NCBI GenBank assembly: GCA_002633005.1
Contig: NMRA01000088.1
Coordinates: 554,186-618,185 of the forward strand
DNA: 64,000 nucleotides
From: Phoronis australis
Lineage: Eukaryota > Animalia > Phoronida
Direction of reading: 5' to 3'
The notes under the pieces are model-generated. The model was not told the origin of the DNA. It saw nothing but the letters and a program-made list of their open reading frames with translations, and made no database searches. This document shows, in pieces, positions 11,901-25,070 of this stretch. Numbering within the stretch: the stretch's first letter is position 1; each line of letters begins with the position of its first letter. The translations under genes and the position numbers were made by a program.

Positions 11901-14900
11901 ACTATTGTGTTGACAGATTCTAAGACTTCTGTGACTTCAGTTGAACTCCAAGGAGAAAAGGTCAGACAAGTAAGTTGTGAGGATTCAGACCCAACAGTGT
12001 TGATGAGCTTAGAGGCAGTGGACATCGGGTGTGACGTCAGCAACTGAAAATCGGAAGTTAGTTAACGAGTTTACAACAGCCAAAGACACTATATCTATAA
12101 AATCTTTGCAACAGCTTTACCGAAACATGCTTTCCCAAAAAATACTTGAGCGACACCTGGAGCCCTTGGCTGTCAAACTTTATTTAGCACGAATTGGCCA
12201 ATCGCATTGTGTGAAATTGCAAAAATTCGCGATTCAATAACGTTGGTGGTCACTAGACAGTGCCACAGTCTCAATTAGTGTCATAATGGGAGCAGTGTAA
12301 AAATGTCCAGTTGCCTGTTTGGGCGACAGAAAGAAGGACTGTTAGAAGAAAAAGTTTGATTAGGCCTATTGGAATATTTGTTCGAGTTGGAAGGAATCAA
12401 ATACATCGACGGCCCCCTAAGGTGTCCCCCTATGCGTAAAAGGTACTCATAACAACGCGACTTTGATGGGTTAATCAGTGTGAAGCATAATTTGCCGAAC
12501 ATTTTCCGGCGCATGACGGGCCCATGGTATGGCAGCCGTCTCAACTGCCAGATGAGACGGTGTCAATGTCTAAGTGATCACGGGCTCTGATACACAGCTG
12601 GCATCCAGTAATTTGACTCAGTAGAACACATCAATTTTTGGAAACTGTTACGTTTCCGTGTGAATAGTATGTCCTGAATTCCGAGTCAGTTTCGAACCTA
12701 CGTATGACGAGGGCCTACAGTCATGTAGGTGAAGCGTGGGCGACTTCACTTCAGGGACGTACACGTGCACTTGTTGGGTGTTTACTGGAACTCATCATTG
12801 CGCCAACCACGTCATAAAGGTGACGTCATGAATGTATCAAATTAAAGCTAGTTAGGCACCTTACAGTTATAGAATTGGGTTTAATTCGTTCCTTACACAG
12901 ATTAGAAAAGATTTCTTGGTTCAGAAAGACTTATTATTTCCAACTGATTGACTTCATGATCGGCGCATAAAATGACCAGCCGGGTCAGGCAAACTTAATG
13001 AGGTGTTGGCAAAGCAATCACCTCAGAAATCACTTTTAATCTGAGACAGGTAGAATCTGAGACACTTTATAACGCTATGTGGTCTACAGTAAATCAATAC
13101 TTAATTTCAACGCAAGGTGGGTTTGTAACACCTTAAAAGCTGCAATAAGTCCGCGCCATGTGTCAGCAGTTTTAATTCCGGTAGGCCACTTACTATTATG
13201 AAATCGGTCTCATTATACTCATTACGCAAATGAGGCATTTTAGTCTTGAAAGGATCCCACAGGTGGCTACAGGTGTATAGACCTTTTCACGCAGTCGTCA
13301 TTTCAAATCATGAGTCTCTTTTAGGCTTAAAAAACAATACAATTGAAACATAAATATAACCATGCATGCAAAAAAATCACACTTTGCGCTGTAATTAAGC
13401 GCAGATTTGTTATTTAAAACCTAAAAGGAGGTTCTTTGTAACACGGCGACTCTGTGAATAAGGGTTATTGCTTCCGATCGAGGCTATTTTAAATGGCCTC
13501 GAAAACGTTGCTTGTCATGGCGGGTTAGTTTCAGTCGCCAGGGGTGTGTGGCAGGGGGAATCCACTCCAGGCGTTGCATTGAAAGAATTCAAGCAAAGGA
13601 TAGGAGGGCGATAACGTGGCTTTGTAAGAGCAAGTGCGCACGTAAGGATAGTTTGGTGTTTTAGATTACGCTTTATAGTGTTTTTAACTACAACCAGCCG
13701 AGGACCCGCAAAACCTCTTTGGTTGACTGGGTTCTGTTTCTCTAAATCTCCCTTGTGGCTATCCCAAGGAACTAACGGAGACAGGAAGAACATGCACATG
13801 TTTACAGATATGAACACTGTAAGAACAGCAAGTCCAGTCACCTGATGTACATTTAACACGCGAGTCGCAATGAACCACTGGAGTCAATTCGCGGGGAAAT
13901 TAATGCGGTTGTGTATTCAAGCGTCTCAATTGGCATTCTATAAAAGTACGTCATTTTATAGATTTCGTGAGCTAAAGACCTGTAAATGTTTGGAGACCAA
14001 GAAGCAAGTCAAGAAGGGTTGTTCAGGGAAGCAGAAGTTATTTTCCTTTGGAGCTTTGCGCTTCTTTGGTCGTAATGGAAAAACCATAACGGCGGTAAAA
14101 GCAAGGCAAATACTGGGGTTTTTAATAATCGATGAGCTTTTTATTTCGTCTCAAAATTCAATATACATGTAGGAGAACAAAAGTATACATAATTAGAGAC
14201 ATTGCGTACCACAAACGGACAAAAAAGGATAAATATTAAGGCACGTGTTCGATCATACCACGGGAGGTCCACGGTATTAGGTCTGTATACTTTGATTTAA
14301 ACGGCTTGGACAGCGTCGCTTTCTAAGCATATTTTGTCTAAGTTGCCTTTTTTCCTCCCCTCCCAGTTTTTCTCATCAAGATGTTAACGGGCTTTGAGAA
14401 CTTGTCTGGTATGACGAGACCTTTATGCTATATGAGGAATAGTTTGGACAATACTTTGGATACACAACAGTGATTCTATAATAACATCTATTTTTACAAC
14501 ACAATTTGAATAGTTATGACACAGGAATCGCCAATATCCTGTTTCAGGGTCGTAGGTGAATCGTTTACAGCACACCCGCGGACTAGAAGGATTAGAAACA
14601 AAAAAGAGAGGAATGTAAACCGACGTCCAGCGATCAATTTCGTTCTCAATGCTTTAACTAGCAAGTTTACTCCTCCAATATGTTTCGGCTCTCCTCATCT
14701 TGCTCAAACGTACACGCAGGAGATTACTCCTTAGCATATTTTACTCCGGCTTTGATCGATTTTAAATGTCCCGATCACATTGAATGGTGTTTATATAGAT
14801 TGCGAGAATAGAACAATACATGCATAAGATTCCGTAGACTGCACCGCGTGAAAATAATGCAACAACCGAGGTGTCAGTGAAACATCTCGGTTGAGTTGTA

Positions 14901-15209
14901 CATGTACAAAAGATCCCCTGGTGAGTTTGTTGCAGTTGCGCTAACAATAGACTGCAGCAAGGATGCAAATTTCAACCATTTCCTCATTGCCATATAATCG
15001 TTCGACACGAAAGTTACTTATTACTTCCTTAAGTTTTTGACATACGCCACGAGGCTGTTTTAAATGTTTTTAATGGACACTTTTTATTGCACATTACGCT
15101 TTTACCGACATGCTGGTTTTGCTATAATAAAATATCGGTCCGTTTAAAGAGAAGATCTTAATCAGTGTTTCCAAGCAAAATGGCGTCAAGTGACCACGAC
15201 CAGTCGTAT

Positions 15210-15397
15210 TATGTGCTCGTGTTATGTGCTCTGTCTATACAGTGTACATGGTATGTGCTCGTATTATGTGCTCTGTCTATGCAGTGTACATGGTATGTGC
15301 TCGTATATTATGTGCCCTGTCTACACAGTGTACATTCTATACAGTGTACATGGTATGTGCTTGTATTATGTGCTTTGTCTATACAATGTACATGGTA
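15210..15397. repeat. 42-bp minisatellite, ~4.5 copies
   Basis: Unit tatgtgctcgtattatgtgctctgtctatacagtgtacatgg; explains the three overlapping repetitive ORFs here. Confidence 0.92.
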
Positions 15398-16151
15398 TCA
15401 TTGGTATGAAGTTGAAAAACGGCGACCTAGTTTTACTTGTATGCGCCACATTTGGAAACGAGGAGAAGCAGAAACAGACGGCGCTGTCAGGGTTTCCTGG
15501 AAATGTGGGGTCCTTTTCAAGAGTGGATTTCTTAACTATGGAACCGCGAGGTCTTATCAAGGTCACTTGAACAAAAAGATGATAAAGATGATGTAATGTT
15601 TCGTAAAAACTGTGGAACTAGAATATTCAAATTTTCTTTGAAAGCGTTGCTAGACAACACGTCGAACGAAGCAGACAGTTGTGGGTATTAACTCCCGTTA
15701 ACCGTCAGTGACCCGTTGCCCTGCACGTATCAGTGGCGTTAACGTTGGTGGTTGGTGAGAAAGTATCAACAGAGTAAGCGGATATATTTGTGGCGTTTCA
15801 TTTATTTCTAAACTGGGGTAAGCTCCATGAAACACTGAGACGAGCAAACAACTTAAAATTTGGTCCCGTGATGCTCAGATACCGAATGTGTGACTGAAGA
15901 TGTTAACAGAGGCGGCCTGGGAGGACGTAAGATGAGGGGAATCACAGCTTTCGAAGAAAAATGGCCGCGTAAGCTCTAAGATCGGCATGCCGACGGCGTT
16001 TATTTTTAGTCGTGTCGGTATGGAGGTGAATCTGGGTAAGTGTAGCAACCAAATTTCACGCTCTAATTAAATTCAAAAGGTAGGACTTAACAGAAGGTAC
16101 AATCTCAGAAGGAATACACCACAACCTGCTGTCCCGGAGGCAGCTCTCTAC

Positions 16152-16391
16152 CTGGGTAGAGTTCAGTAATATAACGCTAGGACCACGCTGAAAAGCAAGA
16201 TTTGGCGAGATTGCGTGATACATTGCTGTCGGTGCATTTTCATTGGCGGCGCACCACAGGGTGGCTGGGCGGGGCGGGGGCGGTCTGTAGCCCTACTGTT
16301 TTTAGTGCGTCGCCGCCCGTGCATTTTAAATGAGAATACGTGATTTTGGCCAGATTTTAGCGAGGTCCTTGCGATACGGAACTCTACTCAG
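16152..16391. mobile_element. MITE family M3 (GGGTAGAGTTCAGTAA TIR); other copies ~10899-11055, ~18476-18630, fragment ~36698-36745
   Basis: Shared blocks cgctaggacc, aaaagcaaga, cgagattrcgtga; TIR ctgggtagagttc / gaactctactcag. Confidence 0.75.
16241..16321. mobile_element. 81-bp MITE with 6-bp TSD nested in another MITE
   Basis: cattggcggcgcacc...gcgtcgccgcccgtg flanked by catttt/catttt; related copy at ~23073-23143. Confidence 0.75.
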
Positions 16392-19300
16392 AAGTCCTCT
16401 TCATGTGACCTGCTGAAGTGTAACATGAATTGTGCTACAAAATAGCCATATCGAAGGTGTGTGTTAATGCATATCCTGAGACATAAGTAATCCCCAAAAA
16501 GTCATTGACCAGTGTACACGTAAGTGCTTATCCTGCACATCCAACGCTCACCTTCCACAGACAGTGCGGCTTCAGCCTCACGCAGCATTACTCAGCACGA
16601 TGGAAATCGGTCACAGCGGGAGAAGCAGCATGCAGCACTACTACAGACCTCTGTACACGACGCAACACTTGCTGTACGCCGATTACGCATGACCGATGCT
16701 GCACCGTGTGCGGCTAACTTAATACAGTGTAAGCCGAGCCTTCGACAGTTTACTACGGTTAAAGCTACTCCCCAATCCAACTCAAGTAATTACGCACTCT
16801 TATTTCCACGTTCAGAATCGAATAGCAGGCTTGTCAATGACTAAATACTTGATTTGCATTTGTTTCGCTTATTATCACCGGGAGCACTCAATACCAACGA
16901 CGACGGTTTACCCTTGGACTATGTGGGCAATATGTCATCGTGGCTTGGATCAATACTTGTAGCAGAACCGTGTGCTGCACATTACCATTGTACACAGCAC
17001 ATACTGTTATATAGGGAAGAAAAATGCGCTACGCTTTCGACGAAAGTCAAAGATTTTGACACACTGATCGGTCAATAGGTTGCCTTATAAGAATACCTGA
17101 AAATGGTTTTGCAATTTTTGCAGTCCAGGATGTCCAAAATTTCCTTTGGAAGGCACTACAGTCAGGGAAGATGACACAATTGATTTTCATCGCAAAGAAT
17201 CGGCAAATGGACGTTTTAATGTCCTGCACAGATGACCCTCTGGCTTCCGTCGCATTACGGTCACTGGACGAGCACTTCTTACTCACGTTTTACGTGTGTT
17301 GAAATCAAACAAATCTACACAGTAGAAAACACGACACGTCAGTTTTGCTGAACTACCATTTTTGTTAACTATAACAAAAGTCAAGTGTGGTCACTTCTAG
17401 TACTGCGAAACAAACTCCAGGATTCCTTGAATAAAAAACCCATTAGTTACCAGTAAATCATGCCCTTATATTTACAATATTTGTGAGCATTTTGGTGACC
17501 CAGCATACCCTTCGGTTGAACATTCATTTAAGACTAGTTGACGTCAGAGATCGTTTAAAACGACTGGCTCGTACAAGAGATCGAATTAAGTCATGGATGT
17601 GTTTATGGTACATCTTCATGTATCTTTTGACAGTTCTTTTGACAGTTCTCGCAATAATTAGTGACATTTTTAAAAGCACTTCCGGTTGTTACTTTAAAGT
17701 TTGAGCATTGACCACGACACTAGATTATTGGAAGGGGTGGAAACCACACTCACCACACACACACCGCAAATACTGTTTCCTCGCACAAAAATTTGATTAC
17801 GGAATCTAGATCCGTAACCAACAAAGTTTTCCCTCAAGCTACTGGGAGACTTTTACTCCAATTTGTACTCGACTCCTTAGAGTAACACTAGTGAGATTAC
17901 CACCGCCAAATTCTAAAAAGTCCCTTCAAGTCTTCTCGGACTTGAGAACTATTCTCAAGTTTCTATGGAAGTCTTTCGCGCGATAAAACAAGACAACTAA
18001 GATGTTAGCTCATGTTGAAACCTAGCGCCCTCTACAGCCCACCCCATTCAACGAACTGGAGGTTAATCAGTAAAGGAGGTGCGAAAAGATTCGTCTGCGG
18101 AGTTTTCGAACGAAAAGTGGATGTACTTAATAAATTAAGCTTTATACTTTTATACTGCTAAAATTTTAGTAAACATAATACAGAGTCAAATTTTAGGGCT
18201 TCCAAAAATGCGCTATACATATATATATATTTATATTTATATGTATATATATTGTGTACTTTTTTAAAAATCCTAGGTACATGTAGGAGTCATGGAATCT
18301 TTGAATAATAATACCCAACATTGCACATGTTTTTACTCAGGAGATCGTCTCACCCACGAGTGGTCTCACCGAGTCTTGCGAACCATGTTGTGGAAAGCGA
18401 CATCTCGTGAATCCGCTCGAAAGTTGTTCGGCAAAGAGAAATTTTACTAGAAGTGGAAGTAGAAGAAATGGAGCCCAGGCGTGCGTTCACTAGACGCTAG
18501 GACCTACGCTAGGACCTACCTAAAACCTGGTCAAAGTCACGTACTCTAATTTAAAATGCACGGCAATATCTCACGTAATCTCGCGAGGTCTTGCTTTTTA
18601 GCGAGGTCCTAGCATTACTCAACGGGAGGCAGTTACCAAAAACAAAATTGGTCGCATTAACGTTGTTTTTAAAGCACAATATTACAAGATAATGTTATGC
18701 TTTCTTCGTCTGAAAATACCGCATGTGGTTATATGTGGAGATAATGTGGACGTATATGTAAATAGATAAGAAAACGCAAGCTATTGGGTTGGCTTGCGGG
18801 GTAATGTTTCATAACTGGTAACTGCTCCAGATGTAACAAATGCATATAGGCCAATCTGCGTTTTGGGGCTTGAAACACGATTAACCCCCTCGCAAGAGGG
18901 AACAGTTACACCAAATTACTCACACGGATTCTGAGGTCCAGGACTGGACTTCCGAGACGAGTTAGGTCAACATTTGAGCTCGCATGAAGAGTTTAGGGGC
19001 GCCGGTATGGGATTTATATTGCGGGTTTGGTGTTTCAGAGAAATTAGAAGCCCAGCTATGGAATCATTTCCACACCCTGGTGTTGAGTTGCTCTGTCTCT
19101 TCAAGATGGGGATTCTGTTTTAGGCGGACGCCCTAAATAGTACTTCAGTTGAATCAATAAGATGTCTGGCATTTGGGGCCCTCTTAGGTTCCTGGGGGTC
19201 TGAATCTTTTAAGCTCCATTAGTTTCATGATAGATCCGCCACTTGCAAGCGACTTTAACCACCTTGTGTCCAAATAACGCTTATTCAAAAATATCTATCG

Positions 19301-19869
19301 TAATAAATGTACTCCCAGTTTTATCATGTACATGTACGTACTGGCAAGAGGACATTTTTCTTTACAGCTCACGGAAAACATAAGAGACAAGGCCAACTCG
19401 GTGCTGAAATACTCGACTTCGTTTTGTAATCAATCTATTATTATTCGTAAAAAAATGGCTTCCTGACACATTGCTTTAGATTACTATATCAGTAGTCAAG
19501 TAAATCAGTTGAAGCATCCCAAAAATAGGAATACCACACCATCGCTTTCCGGGGAGCCGCGGCGATCGCATCGTGACCTATTTAAACTCGCATTTCCTAC
19601 TGTGTTTTGCTTGCTTTGACTATTAAGCTAAATTCAACTTTTCGTTATTGAAATTCCGCTATTTTTGAAAAGCTGATTTGATGACTGAGGCACTTATTTA
19701 TCGCTGTGCCGGAACATAAAAGACTTGCAACAGAGGACGTAACAAGTAGACAACATGAAATATGAATTTTGAGAACAGAAGCAACAAACCAAGTCCACCC
19801 AGCGGTAAGCGCTGAGGTCAGAGAGAAATCGCTACACAAGAATACTTTTTTTGCAAGACACGAAGTAAG

Positions 19870-20300
19870 GCGGTTTATTGTCCCACTTCCCTTCATGTCC
19901 TTGTCCAAGATCTGAATACCAGACAGACACTGCAAAGACACACACAGTGCTGTTCTGACTCACTCATTGACAACTGGTCACACTATATATTACTCTGGTG
20001 TTCAGATCTTGGACAAGGATAATGCCACCATCAGACTCCTCGTAAAAGAGGCTATGCATATACGGTTGAATCACGCTGAGCGCTATCTGAATAGAAACAT
20101 TGGTTCATTTGAGCTCCAACTGTTTTGATTTCTGATCTCTCCCTTCACAATACATTTTGAAGTGTACCTATGCTGACCGTTCTTCACGTCTGTTACCTGT
20201 CTGGAATATTGTGAACATTTGCCTTGAGAATGGTTTAGTGACAATAAACCGAAACGTCGATTAATACAACGCCATTGTTTACATATGCGCTGAATTTAAA
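19870..20300 (+). mobile_element. Penelope-like retroelement 3' fragment (GIY-YIG C-terminus plus 3' UTR)
   Basis: 19928-20128 reads HCKDTHSAVLTHSLTTGHTIYYSGVQILDKDNATIRLLVKEAMHIRLNHAERYLNRNIGSFELQLF* (SAVxxH..GH..IL..R..KEA.HI..LNR). A hammerhead-like motif follows, and short inverted pieces sit at the 5' junction. Confidence 0.85.
20221..20260 (+). ncRNA. Minimal type I hammerhead ribozyme-like motif (U3-A8 core variant)
   Basis: TTGAGAA (20224-20230), stem II ggttta/taaacc, then GAAACGTC; stem I is poorly preserved. Confidence 0.65.
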
Positions 20301-20349
20301 GTTAGTACTCATATTTTGGCCAAAAACAAATGTGATCAACCAATCTTAC

Positions 20350-20870
20350 TTATGGCAGAGGCTCAAGCATTATGTGGTCTACACATTTTCACAGGAACGG
20401 TGACAAGTTAGTGCCTTCAAAGGCAAAGGCAAAGTCAAATTATTTTCTGCATTTGCTGTTGGACAGTCCTACCAAAGTCGTGTTCAACAAATGATTTGAG
20501 TTTCCCGATCAAGTCATGGAGGATAAGAAACCCTTTGTATGCAAGCTCTACGGCGACTCATCATCTACAGTTAAGGAAGCAGCCTGACGCTACCATATTC
20601 AGGTTGAAATCAGTTATAGAATCACCTTCACCTCTTAATCATGATCGTTTGCTGCTACATGCCAAAAGAGCAAATTATCAACGTGAGATTCATATAAGCG
20701 CCTTGCAACAGCAACGGGGTGGCTGTTGGAACACGGTATTCATTATTTCATTGGATGACTCTGCCAAGTCATAAAAGTAAAAAAGTGACAGGTGCAAAAT
20801 GTTCTCTTGTTTGAAGTCAGCCATGCCATGTTTCGAGCTGTGTGACTTTCGAGAGTGATTAACGCAGTGT
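20350..20870 (+). mobile_element. Academ DNA transposon remnant (XPG-like domain and Cys-rich C-terminus)
   Basis: Frameshifted motifs GLHIFTG..SAFKGKGK (HAFTGCD.xSxFxGKGK), PLNHDRLLLHAKRANYQ and CSCLKSAMPCFELC. Confidence 0.8.
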
Positions 20871-21888
20871 CGCAAAACAAATTGTTGATAAGCGATAATA
20901 AAGACACTTGATAAGTGTGTGATGCGTTGCTGAAGAGTTTGAAAACTTTAAACATTATGGAAAATGTTGATAACATTCTGTCGCGCTCATTTGGTGTTCA
21001 GTGTGGCAGTCATAACTGTATTCAGTGTGTCCTTCCCGTTGACAATGGACGACATTGTGGATAATGAGATATGAGATTTATGACTAAAATATAACAAAAG
21101 TGATGGTGGTGAATTCAGTGAAGAAGCATTGGAAATGACAAGTTATCCATATTTTGATTTAGATATTAATCTCCATCCAGTTTCAAATTGTTAAACATGT
21201 CATCAAGTGGCGTCGCAGCAACTATTTCGTTTCTGCAAAAATTTTTTAATTATAGCCGCGTGCTTGAAGCACATAAACGTACAATAAACACATATCTGGC
21301 CGATTTAACCGGTGTGTTATTCATACTGCATGAATACAGGACAGTATCGCAAACAAAACTCATCGGCAGTAAAAAGGTGCACTCCGAAAAGGCGCAATCA
21401 CAATTTTCTGGGATTCACATTTCTTGAACATGAATTTGAAGTACCGATTTGTTTGTACTGACATACCACATTTACACTTCAGTCCATCTGTCATGGCAGT
21501 TTGTTTGCGTAAAGCGCTGCCTGTTGAGAATTCGACTAGCCAATCAGAAACGCCGGTATAAAAAAATTCTTAAAGAAAATTAAGTGACACCTGCGTGCTG
21601 GCTACCAACCCCTTAGCGGCACGCAGGGAACCAGCGAGTCGGCACAACAAGACGGCAGATGATTTGATTCGTAGTTGTTAGAGAAAGGTAAAAAGAGGCG
21701 ATATAATATAACTAATCTCGAACTCAGACTTGGAAAATTTGAGCGTCTCACTTTCTGCGACAAATACTTATTTCATTGCTGCTCATAGATTTTATTCCAT
21801 GTAATTCCTCTCTGTTTGCGTAACCTTCAAGAGGTGCCGAAATAGATGGACAGTTGCACTGTAATCAAAGCAATTTACAGTTGCATTT

Positions 21889-22032
21889 CAGTGGCGGATT
21901 TAGGGAGGGCAAGGGATCCCCTAAAATTCTATCAGATTCCAATTGGCAGTTCAGGGATGCGAATGTCTGATGGACAAAATCCTAGCTAATACTCTGCCCT
22001 CCCCCCAACTCAAAATCCTGGACCTGTCCTTG
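21889..22032 (-). mobile_element. MITE family M1 copy
   Basis: Reverse-complement copy; flanks cattt/tagtt. Confidence 0.88.
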
Positions 22033-23214
22033 TAGTTCGCCCTATTCAACAAGTTGAAAAACGAAATTCGATTTTCGTTTTAACACAATTTAATAGGGCA
22101 AAATAATGTTTAGGGGAAGACACGCCGCAGTTCATCTGGATTATGGCTCAATTCACGCTCATTTGTTCAACAATCAGATGTGGTATATACCCAAACGTCA
22201 AATAGAGTCTGGGTTGCTTTGTGCAGGCCTTAGGCGGACTGGGTCATCGAGCGAGATTCACAATGTTTGCAGAATGAGAATGGATGATATCACTGTTTGC
22301 TGGCCTTGAAAGTACAATATCCGTCAGTCAAAATCGTTTGCCGAGAGTTTTGCTTACTATCAAAACTTGTCACATCAAAAAACACCACACATCAAAACAT
22401 CCATTCGTAATTCAACTAAACGTATTGGCAAAAACGCATCCAACCCTTGGAAAAACAAGGGACCGCGGTTCGGCCAACGAAAGACGAAAAGGCGGTTTGC
22501 TGACAAGCCTTGCAATTACGGTGACAATAGAAGCAATTAGATGAACACAGGAAACGTGGAGTTATTACAGCATAACACTGATTGGTTGTGTAAAAACGAT
22601 TATGGCGTGGGATATGTTTGGATGGAAGATGAACGAGTCCGCAAGAAAAGCAGTCACACCAATGATGTGCGCATCGCGGAAGGAAACCTTGAGCTCGCCA
22701 AGACGAATAGGTCATCGTTTACGACGAAAAGCAAGCTGTTTACCCAGCCCCACGAGGCATTCGGCTGAGCTATAAGAGTTCCACGTGACTTCCTGATATG
22801 CATGCACTCCAATAGCTGAACCATGGTCTTACCACCACTAAGTGATATCGAACTCTCTCATTTGGATGAAGGTATCTCAAAGACACCTGTGATGCCTTTT
22901 TATGGTTAGAGATACATGTATGTGAGATATCTGGAATGATGGGATACAGTCAAGTCCTATGAAACCTATCACTGAAACCAAAGGGCGTACACCTATATTT
23001 TAACAGACGTACATGTATAGTATATCCTACAATACAATTCTCGATCCGTAAAAAGGTTCCTCCGAGGCAACTACATGGGCGGCGCACCATAGGGCCTGGG
23101 GGGAGGGTTATAGCCCCACTTTTTTCAATGCTACACCGCTCATGGTCTATGGTCGGTGCCCCACAGGGGCGTTGGGGGGGGGGGGCGGGGGGTANTTTCT
23201 AACGTAATAGCTGC

Positions 23215-23524
23215 CAGGGGCGGATCCAGGATTTTGAGTTGGGAGGGGGGGCAGGACAAAGGAATAACCAGAACTTCGGTAGATGCGCGCGCCCAGCCTA
23301 AGGTGTGGGGATGCAGTTGTCTCGAATTTTTGGGTTTGTGGACCTGTTGACTAAAAAAAGAAAAACGGTAAACGGGTCTTTGTTCAGGGCATATGCAGTG
23401 TTTATTCACACCCGAGCCCCCCCTGCTTGCGCGCACGTGGTTGTCACCCGAACTCCCAAATGGTATCTAATAGAATTTTAGAGGGGCCATGGCCCCCTTG
23501 CCTCCCCCCCTAAATCCGCTACCG
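23215..23524 (+). mobile_element. MITE family M1 copy interrupted by a second MITE (~23282-23429)
   Basis: M1 5' part, then an insert gatgcgcgcgcccagcct...ctgcttgcgcgcacgtg resembling 46551-46774, then the M1 3' part. Confidence 0.8.
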
Positions 23525-23899
23525 TAGCTGACTTTCGAAATGCACGCGCCACATTGAAATTTACTATCAAGTCTTTGGTGGACAGGCGTTCAGCGCTACC
23601 TACAGATCCCATGTAATGCAGAGCCGAAATCCTGGATCCGCCCATGAGAGGTTTCAACATACTGTTATAAACAACGTGTTCACACCCTTCCTGCTGTCAT
23701 ATTAGCGGCAGCTTATCCAATCATGAATTATTGTGGAATGAGCCAACAACTAAAGCCTGGAACAAGGCCATGCGCCATTTTCAAATTCACAAATCGTAAG
23801 GTGGGCTAACCCCAGTTTAAACAATGAATTATTGAGTTGTTAGGCTGGTTTCGACGTTCTAATTGATAACGGAAATCCATCAATGTAAGGGATATTATG

Positions 23900-24365
23900 A
23901 GGCCGAATTTATGAGAGAAAAACGCACACAAGGCGAACGTGCCTGACTTTCACTCACAGATGGAGATAGGTGTTAAGTATACAGGCGCATGCTGGATAAT
24001 CCCCTGTTACAGCAGCTTCCGGCTGAGTTCCCGCTCACTGTTCTTGATATATCAAAGATGAAGTCGATTCTCCATGACATATATGCCAGGACATTTCGTG
24101 ACAACTTCCCGTACGCTGTAGGCTAATCCGGCGACATGCAGTGGAATTGGAAATAGCCGTCAATGATATGAGCACTGACCTGCAAATGATGGACCGTCAT
24201 GGTCACTGACAGCGGCCTTCTACAAGTTTGAACAATTTGCTTTTATCCGTGTGACCCATCGTACAATCACTGTTACACATTGACAGTGGTACCGGTGTCA
24301 GAGAAAATGAGAATGCATGCTCCAGATCAATGTCACGTGTTGGTGCCGTGAAGGCAACACGGCCA
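23900..24365 (-). mobile_element. Second Academ remnant (region N-terminal to the XPG-like domain)
   Basis: LLGRVAFTAPTRDIDLEHAFSFSLTPVPLSMCNSDCTMGHTDKSKL, then HIIDG and RIDFIFD, match the Academ pattern RxIDL..F.YEL.PVP.S....G.M....KS.L / IIDG / RIDxVFD. Confidence 0.78.
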
Positions 24366-24525
24366 AGAAGTGAGTGCACGAGTACATGTATACTGTACAT
24401 GTATCTGAGTTGTACCGCTGTGGCGTTTTTGTTTGCTTTTCTATTGGCTGCACATTCACTTGCGAATGTGCGAAGAGGATTTCCGCGAATTGGTCGTTCG
24501 AAGGGTTCTGCATTTATGTTCATTT

Positions 24526-25070
24526 AAAATAATGTTTTATCCACAGCAATAATCCTAATTTATTGATTTTTGAGGGTCTTCTTATCCATCGGGGTCCAAA
24601 TACCCCCGTCTTATCAACAAATCCCAGGAAAAATCACTTCTTAAGTTGTGGATATGGTGTCCAGGGCTGCTAAATTATCTTTTGCAAAATGAATTTTTGT
24701 TGCACTTGAAAGCTTAACGTTAATTGGTCATAATTAGTAGGTGGTTTAATTAATAACCCAAGAATTTTCATATCTTAAGTTGCATTTTAGTTCACATAAA
24801 ATAATGTTTTATTCATAGCAGGAATAGAAATTGCTGTACTTCCTAATTTAGACAAGTTCATTTTTGAAGTTTTTCGTATCCCTAGGATTCCAAACACCCC
24901 TGTCTTAACTACGTCTTAAATTGCGGATATGGTGTCCAAGGTTTCTAGACTATCTTTTCCAAAAAGAATTTTTGTTGCACTTGAAAGTTTAAATAAGACG
25001 TTAATTGATTGTTAAATAGTAAGTGTCATAATATATAACCTCAGGCACTTTAACGTTTTAGTTGCATCAG
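24526..25070. repeat. Two diverged ~270-bp tandem direct repeats
   Basis: aaaataatgttt, ggatatggtgtcca and gaatttttgttgcacttgaaag each recur in the same order about 270-290 bp apart. Confidence 0.8.

Noticed and set aside
15165-15596. Three overlapping Cys/Tyr-rich repetitive ORFs, and the chance that this is a CRISPR-like array
   Set aside because: It is a head-to-tail 42-bp minisatellite with no unique spacers and no cas genes; the frames stay open because the unit is a multiple of 3.
22090-22770. Possible LINE remnant (W..K..YGVGYVW)
   Set aside because: Only one short motif is recognisable; too weak to call.
23163-23200. Long G-runs as a G-quadruplex regulatory site
   Set aside because: They are part of MITE termini, and the N at 23195 indicates local assembly uncertainty.
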